A DNA stretch of 30,830 nucleotides from a virus (Duplodnaviria; Caudoviricetes), in IMG/VR virus record IMGVR_UViG_3300025751_003547, positions 1-30,830 of that record; one strand, written 5' to 3'. Shown piece after piece: positions 27,412 to 30,830 of this stretch. A program made the translations under genes and the position numbers. Below the pieces are notes generated by a model, which searched no databases, was not told where the DNA came from, and was given only the letters and a program-made list of their open reading frames with translations. Every line of letters begins with the position of its first letter. Position 1 is the first letter of the stretch.

Positions 27412-27440
27412 AGTATAGGGTAGATATGAAATCCAGTCAA
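27412..27440 (-). promoter_or_regulatory. sigma70-like promoter TTGACT-N17-TATACT heading the glycosylation operon
   Basis: Minus strand TTGACT ggatttcatatctaccc TATACT. Confidence 0.8.
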
Positions 27441-27463
27441 GTGTGACAAACAAAAAACTGGAA

Positions 27464-27537
27464 TCGGGATGATAGGATTTGAACCTACGGCCACTCGCTC
27501 CCAAAGCGAGTGCTCTACCAAACTGAGCTACATCCCG
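27464..27537 (-). tRNA. tRNA-Pro (TGG), CCA not encoded
   Basis: CGGGATGTAGCTCAGTTTGGTAGAGCACTCGCTTTGGGAGCGAGTGGCCGTAGGTTCAAATCCTATCATCCCGA forms a cloverleaf. Confidence 0.95.
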
Positions 27538-27578
27538 AAGAAGGTCATATCATGACCTATTTTAGTTATTAAAAAACT

Positions 27579-28205
27579 TTAAGGATGATAGGAGGAATCT
27601 CCAGCTGATGTATCAACTTCCCTAAATCCTATTTTTCCACCCTTAGACCAATGGAGTGCAGTTGGTCCATCATAATAATAATGAAGTGTGTACTTATCGA
27701 TATTTAAATTATATGGTCCATCATCCTCAAGTTCCGTCCATGTTTTTTGTCCACCACTTACTCCACCTTCAGTCAATCCACCCTCAAGAATATCAACATA
27801 AAGACCTGTTGACCATATATCAAGACTATGACCAGAAGTTAGATATTGTGTTCCAGTATCATCAGTTCTCCAACTCACGTATTGATTAGTATTATTATCT
27901 GTATCACCATAACGTTGGAGACCATTTGTTGACCCAGGAACCCATGTGCGTGTTGTTGCATTTGATGTGGAACTTTCTACTACTGTGATCTTAGTAGGAA
28001 GCACATTATATATGTTACCAGTTAAATTAGGTACTTCAATAGATCCATAATATAACACTTCTGCTGTAGTTTCACTTTCAGCAGGAATATACATCGATCC
28101 ACCAGAAGCAAAAGTGGTTGTTGGATTTGTACTTATCCCTGTTGCAAATTTTTCAGTAAACGCTTGATTAGGAGTACCATAAACGTAGAAATTAATATCT
28201 GCCAT
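27579..28205 (-). CDS. Ser/Thr/Gly/Tyr-rich hypothetical protein, possibly virion-associated
   Basis: 208 aa, MA start, beta-rich composition; late-like CTAAATA at 28246-28252. Confidence 0.75.
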   Translation of the reverse strand: MADINFYVYGTPNQAFTEKFATGISTNPTTTFASGGSMYIPAESETTAEVLYYGSIEVPNLTGNIYNVLPTKITVVESSTSNATTRTWVPGSTNGLQRYGDTDNNTNQYVSWRTDDTGTQYLTSGHSLDIWSTGLYVDILEGGLTEGGVSGGQKTWTELEDDGPYNLNIDKYTLHYYYDGPTALHWSKGGKIGFREVDTSAGDSSYHP

Positions 28206-28244
28206 TGTTTTTTAGAAAAAAATAATTATCAATGTATGTGTACT

Positions 28245-28892
28245 TTATTTAGATGCTTCTTCCCAATCTTTTTGAAAAATTTCAAGTCCTTTTTCAGTTA
28301 AGATGTGATCATACATTTTCCAAAAAACTTTTGGTGGTAGTGTACAAATATTTGCACCAGCATCAAAACATCTACCAACATGGTGAACATCTCTCAGAGA
28401 AGCAGCAAGAACTTCAGTGTGAACGTTTTGTACAGAATATGTGTGACTTATAGCCTGTACTAGAGCAACTCCAGAAAACGAATTATCATTCAATCTACCA
28501 ACAAAAGGAGAAACATATCTTGCACCTGCTTTTGCCGCAAGAATTGCCTGTGAAACAGAGAAAACAAGAGTTACATTTACAGGAATTAAATCTTTAGAAA
28601 GGTGATAACATGCTTTTAATCCTTCAACTGTACATGGTACTTTGACAGTAACGTTACTTAAATTCTTAAAATCTTGTGCCTGTTCAACCATCTCCTCCCA
28701 AGTATCTGCAACTACTTCTGCAGAAATTGATTTAAGTTTTGGAAAGAGATGTGACATCTCTTTAATTACCTCTACAGGATTTCTACCACTCTTTTTAACC
28801 AATGTTGGATTTGTTGTGACACCATCAATTAATCCAGTGTCATATCCTTTCGCAATTTCAGATAAATCTGCAGTATCTAAAAAAATCTTCAT
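28245..28892 (-). CDS. talC: Transaldolase, TalC/FSA family
   Basis: MKIFLDTAD, GVTTNPTL, VKVP, NVTLVFS and YVSPFVGR motifs; start at MKIF. Confidence 0.96.
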   Translation of the reverse strand: MKIFLDTADLSEIAKGYDTGLIDGVTTNPTLVKKSGRNPVEVIKEMSHLFPKLKSISAEVVADTWEEMVEQAQDFKNLSNVTVKVPCTVEGLKACYHLSKDLIPVNVTLVFSVSQAILAAKAGARYVSPFVGRLNDNSFSGVALVQAISHTYSVQNVHTEVLAASLRDVHHVGRCFDAGANICTLPPKVFWKMYDHILTEKGLEIFQKDWEEASK

Positions 28893-28905
28893 TGTATCTT
28901 CTAAA

Positions 28906-28989
28906 TTAGTATGCATTACTAAGACCCCAATATATCAAAGTGGTTATAGAACCAAAAATAAGTAAAAAATTAATGAACGTCTTTTCCAT
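28906..28989 (-). CDS. Single-TM micro-protein, 27 aa (MEKTFINFLLIFGSITTLIYWGLSNAY), NdhQ-like
   Basis: Read by hand. The C-terminus aligns without gaps to the NdhQ TM/C-terminus as recalled (ISAVLILGFIAGLIWWALHTAY). Confidence 0.55.
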   Translation of the reverse strand: MEKTFINFLLIFGSITTLIYWGLSNAY

Positions 28990-29004
28990 TTATATATGCT
29001 CTTA

Positions 29005-29190
29005 TTATTTGTCTTTTAACAGGTTTTCAATTTTTCTTCTCATGTCTTCAGATCTTTTCTTTTCTCTTTCAGTATGACGGTATCCATGCTTCTCATGAAA
29101 AATAGCGTGTCCTTGGCAAAACATAGTTACACCAAAGACTAACGCTAAAACTATACCAATCCATTCAATTACAAGTGTATATTGATCCAT
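29005..29190 (-). CDS. Small TM protein, 61 aa
   Basis: TM followed by QGH.IFH and a basic tail. Confidence 0.75.
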   Translation of the reverse strand: MDQYTLVIEWIGIVLALVFGVTMFCQGHAIFHEKHGYRHTEREKKRSEDMRRKIENLLKDK

Positions 29191-29384
29191 GGCAGTACTG
29201 GTGGTATTACTCCAATAAGTCGAAGGAGACCTTCAGCAAAAAGTGCAAGAACAACCCAACCAACACACATACTGATAATTGCAGCATTACGATTATGTTT
29301 TCGTATGGCATCATCAATCATCTCCTGGCACTCTTCTTTAGTGATATAATGTTCTGGTCTAATTTCAGTCATTCGGTGCGCCAT
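29169..29384 (-). CDS. Small TM protein, 71 aa
   Basis: MIDDAIRKHNRNAAIISMCVGWVVLALFAEGLLRLIG. Confidence 0.75.
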   Translation of the reverse strand: MAHRMTEIRPEHYITKEECQEMIDDAIRKHNRNAAIISMCVGWVVLALFAEGLLRLIGVIPPVLPWINIHL

Positions 29385-29535
29385 GAGAAGGAGTTTGACC
29401 CATTAGTTTATCTATAGGGTCTGGACCTCCAGATAGTATAGCACAGGCTCTTTTGTAAAAGAAGTTATCAGTATTTCCTGATGCTTCAAACGTTGCCTTT
29501 ATCTTCACCCAATTGTTGTAGGTGTGTTCGTCCAT
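29365..29535 (-). CDS. Small hypothetical protein, 56 aa (MDEHTYNNWVKIKATFEASGNTDNFFYKRACAILSGGPDP...)
   Basis: Read by hand; AGGA RBS and a promoter upstream. Confidence 0.7.
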   Translation of the reverse strand: MDEHTYNNWVKIKATFEASGNTDNFFYKRACAILSGGPDPIDKLMGQTPSHGAPND

Positions 29536-29562
29536 GCAATTTTCCTAAACTACATACTAGCT

Positions 29563-29590
29563 ATATTAGTCAATAGTTCAAATGTGTCAA
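29563..29590 (-). promoter_or_regulatory. sigma70-like promoter TTGACA-N16-TAATAT
   Basis: Minus strand TTGACA catttgaactattgac TAATAT. Confidence 0.55.
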
Positions 29591-29631
29591 CTTTGTGTTG
29601 AAAATAACAAAGTGTTTAAGAAAATATTAAA

Positions 29632-30213
29632 TTACCAACTACTACCCCACGATTTTTTAGGCATCTCTTTTGCAAGATAATCATACACAGAAGAATCACA
29701 ATATCTAAATGCAACCGATGTTCTCAATCTTGTAGTTTTAGTATTCGGAGATTGTCCCATATGTTTCCAATCAGAAGAAAATAAAATTCCACAATTTGAA
29801 CTATATTCAAAATATTTCAATTCTTTAGTTTCTGGATTTTGAATAATAAACTCACCACCATGTAAAGAATTCCATTCTTTTGATGTAAAAAGAACAAATG
29901 TTATTGCATAATTTTTATCTCTAATATCAGAATGAGGTTCTCCATGTTGATTTGCAGTCTGTCCATTGACATGAAAATTAAATAACATTAAATTATTGTC
30001 ATATATTCTCATCAAATTTAATCTAATAATTGATCCAATTTTATAATAAAACAAATCGTTTTTTATTTCTTGTGGATCTTTACCCCAGAAAACAGATTCT
30101 TTATCTTTTTTAGTAGATAAATTACTTAAGAACCAACCATCACTATCAACATATTTTGAAAAATCGGAAAATAATTTATCACTTAAAACATTTCTTATAT
30201 AAAGAGGTTCCAT
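29632..30213 (-). CDS. 2OG-Fe(II) oxygenase superfamily protein
   Basis: HxD (PHSD), W...GGEF, distal H (WKHMG) and RTSVAF motifs. Confidence 0.85.
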   Translation of the reverse strand: MEPLYIRNVLSDKLFSDFSKYVDSDGWFLSNLSTKKDKESVFWGKDPQEIKNDLFYYKIGSIIRLNLMRIYDNNLMLFNFHVNGQTANQHGEPHSDIRDKNYAITFVLFTSKEWNSLHGGEFIIQNPETKELKYFEYSSNCGILFSSDWKHMGQSPNTKTTRLRTSVAFRYCDSSVYDYLAKEMPKKSWGSSW

Positions 30214-30230
30214 TATTCTCCACAATAAAA

Positions 30231-30317
30231 CGGAAGGTGGGAGAGTCGAACTCCCAAGGGCTTTAACACCTCAACGCTTTTCAAGAGCGGTTCCGTCACC
30301 AATCGGATTGACCTTCC
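30231..30317 (-). tRNA. tRNA-Ser (TGA)
   Basis: GGAAGGTCAATCCGATTGGTGACGGAACCGCTCTTGAAAAGCG...long variable arm...GGGAGTTCGACTCTCCCACCTTCCG. Confidence 0.93.
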
Positions 30318-30575
30318 TTATCTAGTTTCAAAGTTCATTTTACGAACTTTACGCTTTCTTCTTTGTTCTTGCCACTGAATATCTTGTTGTGACAAAACTG
30401 TTTTTTTATTTTGTGATTGATATGAGTTTAACATAACAACCTCACTTAAGTCAACTGCAGAAACTCTATCACCACGAATCGTTGCCATATTAGGGCAACC
30501 ACAAGTCACCGTTTTATTCTGATGCCCCTCTAACTCCTTACCACAGGAGCGGCACCTAATCTTTATGTTTTCCAT
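30318..30575 (-). CDS. Small Cys-rich (zinc-ribbon-like) hypothetical protein, 85 aa
   Basis: CRSC...CGCPN motifs. Confidence 0.8.
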   Translation of the reverse strand: MENIKIRCRSCGKELEGHQNKTVTCGCPNMATIRGDRVSAVDLSEVVMLNSYQSQNKKTVLSQQDIQWQEQRRKRKVRKMNFETR

Positions 30576-30620
30576 TGGACAATATAATGTGTTCCCTACT
30601 TCAATTAGGAATGTTTGACT

Positions 30621-30628
30621 TATTTATA
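30621..30628 (-). promoter_or_regulatory. T4-type late promoter TATAAATA
   Basis: Exact consensus immediately 3' of tRNA-Val. Confidence 0.65.
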
Positions 30629-30629
30629 A

Positions 30630-30701
30630 TGGGCGATACTGGAATCGAACCAGTGACTTACCACTTGTAAGGAGGCCACTCTACCGCTGAGTTAATCGCC
30701 C
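30630..30701 (-). tRNA. tRNA-Val (TAC)
   Basis: GGGCGATTAACTCAGCGGTAGAGTGGCCTCCTTACAAGTGGTAAGTCACTGGTTCGATTCCAGTATCGCCCA. Confidence 0.9.
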
Positions 30702-30829
30702 TTATGTTCACATTGTAGCATATACTCTACGGTTTTGGCAACATCTTCCATTGCATCACGTAGATCTGGGCGTTGTCCTGCTTCCATTCTGCGTTCATCC
30801 CTTTCATCAGAAAGCGTCCAACGCCATTG
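30692..30829 (-). CDS. 3' part of a hypothetical protein (...QWRWTLSDERDERRMEAGQRPDLRDAMEDVAKTVEYMLQCEHKGD*)
   Basis: Open frame entering from the window edge; its stop codon lies inside tRNA-Val. Confidence 0.6.
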   Translation of the reverse strand, partial: QWRWTLSDERDERRMEAGQRPDLRDAMEDVAKTVEYMLQCEHKGD

Positions 30830-30830
30830 A

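Noticed and set aside
26893-27460. wcaG or manA RNA motifs near the sugar genes and tRNAs
   Set aside because: Intergenic space is too short and I could not identify the structures; a covariance-model search would settle it.
1-30830. CRISPR array, IS element, integrase or long repeats
   Set aside because: No regularly spaced repeats, transposase or recombinase motifs were seen.

Overview
A 30.8-kb segment of a T4-like cyanomyophage genome, most likely infecting marine Synechococcus (D1 has the Synechococcus-type C-terminal extension [20 protein letters not shown]). Nearly all genes are on the minus strand. From left to right: psbD and psbA (psbA has a structured PhotoRC-II-like leader and sigma70-type plus late promoters); an inverted three-gene cassette of secreted beta-rich proteins; an electron-transfer/carbon AMG block (petE, zwf, gnd, PTOX, two hli, thioredoxin, two ferredoxins) interleaved with many small ORFs missed by the ORF track; a ~12-kb nucleotide-sugar/glycosyltransferase island (gmd, fcl/colC, colD-like dehydratase, GT11, GT6, GT25-like genes, epimerase, glf, plus deoD, a HAD hydrolase and a nucleotidyltransferase); talC; a 2OG-Fe(II) oxygenase; and three tRNAs (Pro-TGG, Ser-TGA, Val-TAC). 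Best leads: (1) two unannotated micro-ORFs resembling NdhP and NdhQ, the small subunits specific to the NDH-1L complex, alongside PTOX, petE and petF; (2) an apparently complete pathway for a colitose/fucose-containing blood-group-A-like glycan; (3) the inverted secreted-protein cassette with unusual overlaps; (4) a divergent second ferredoxin; (5) HLR1/RpaB-like boxes at phage psbA and hli promoters. All family assignments come from motif recognition and recall, not database searches.
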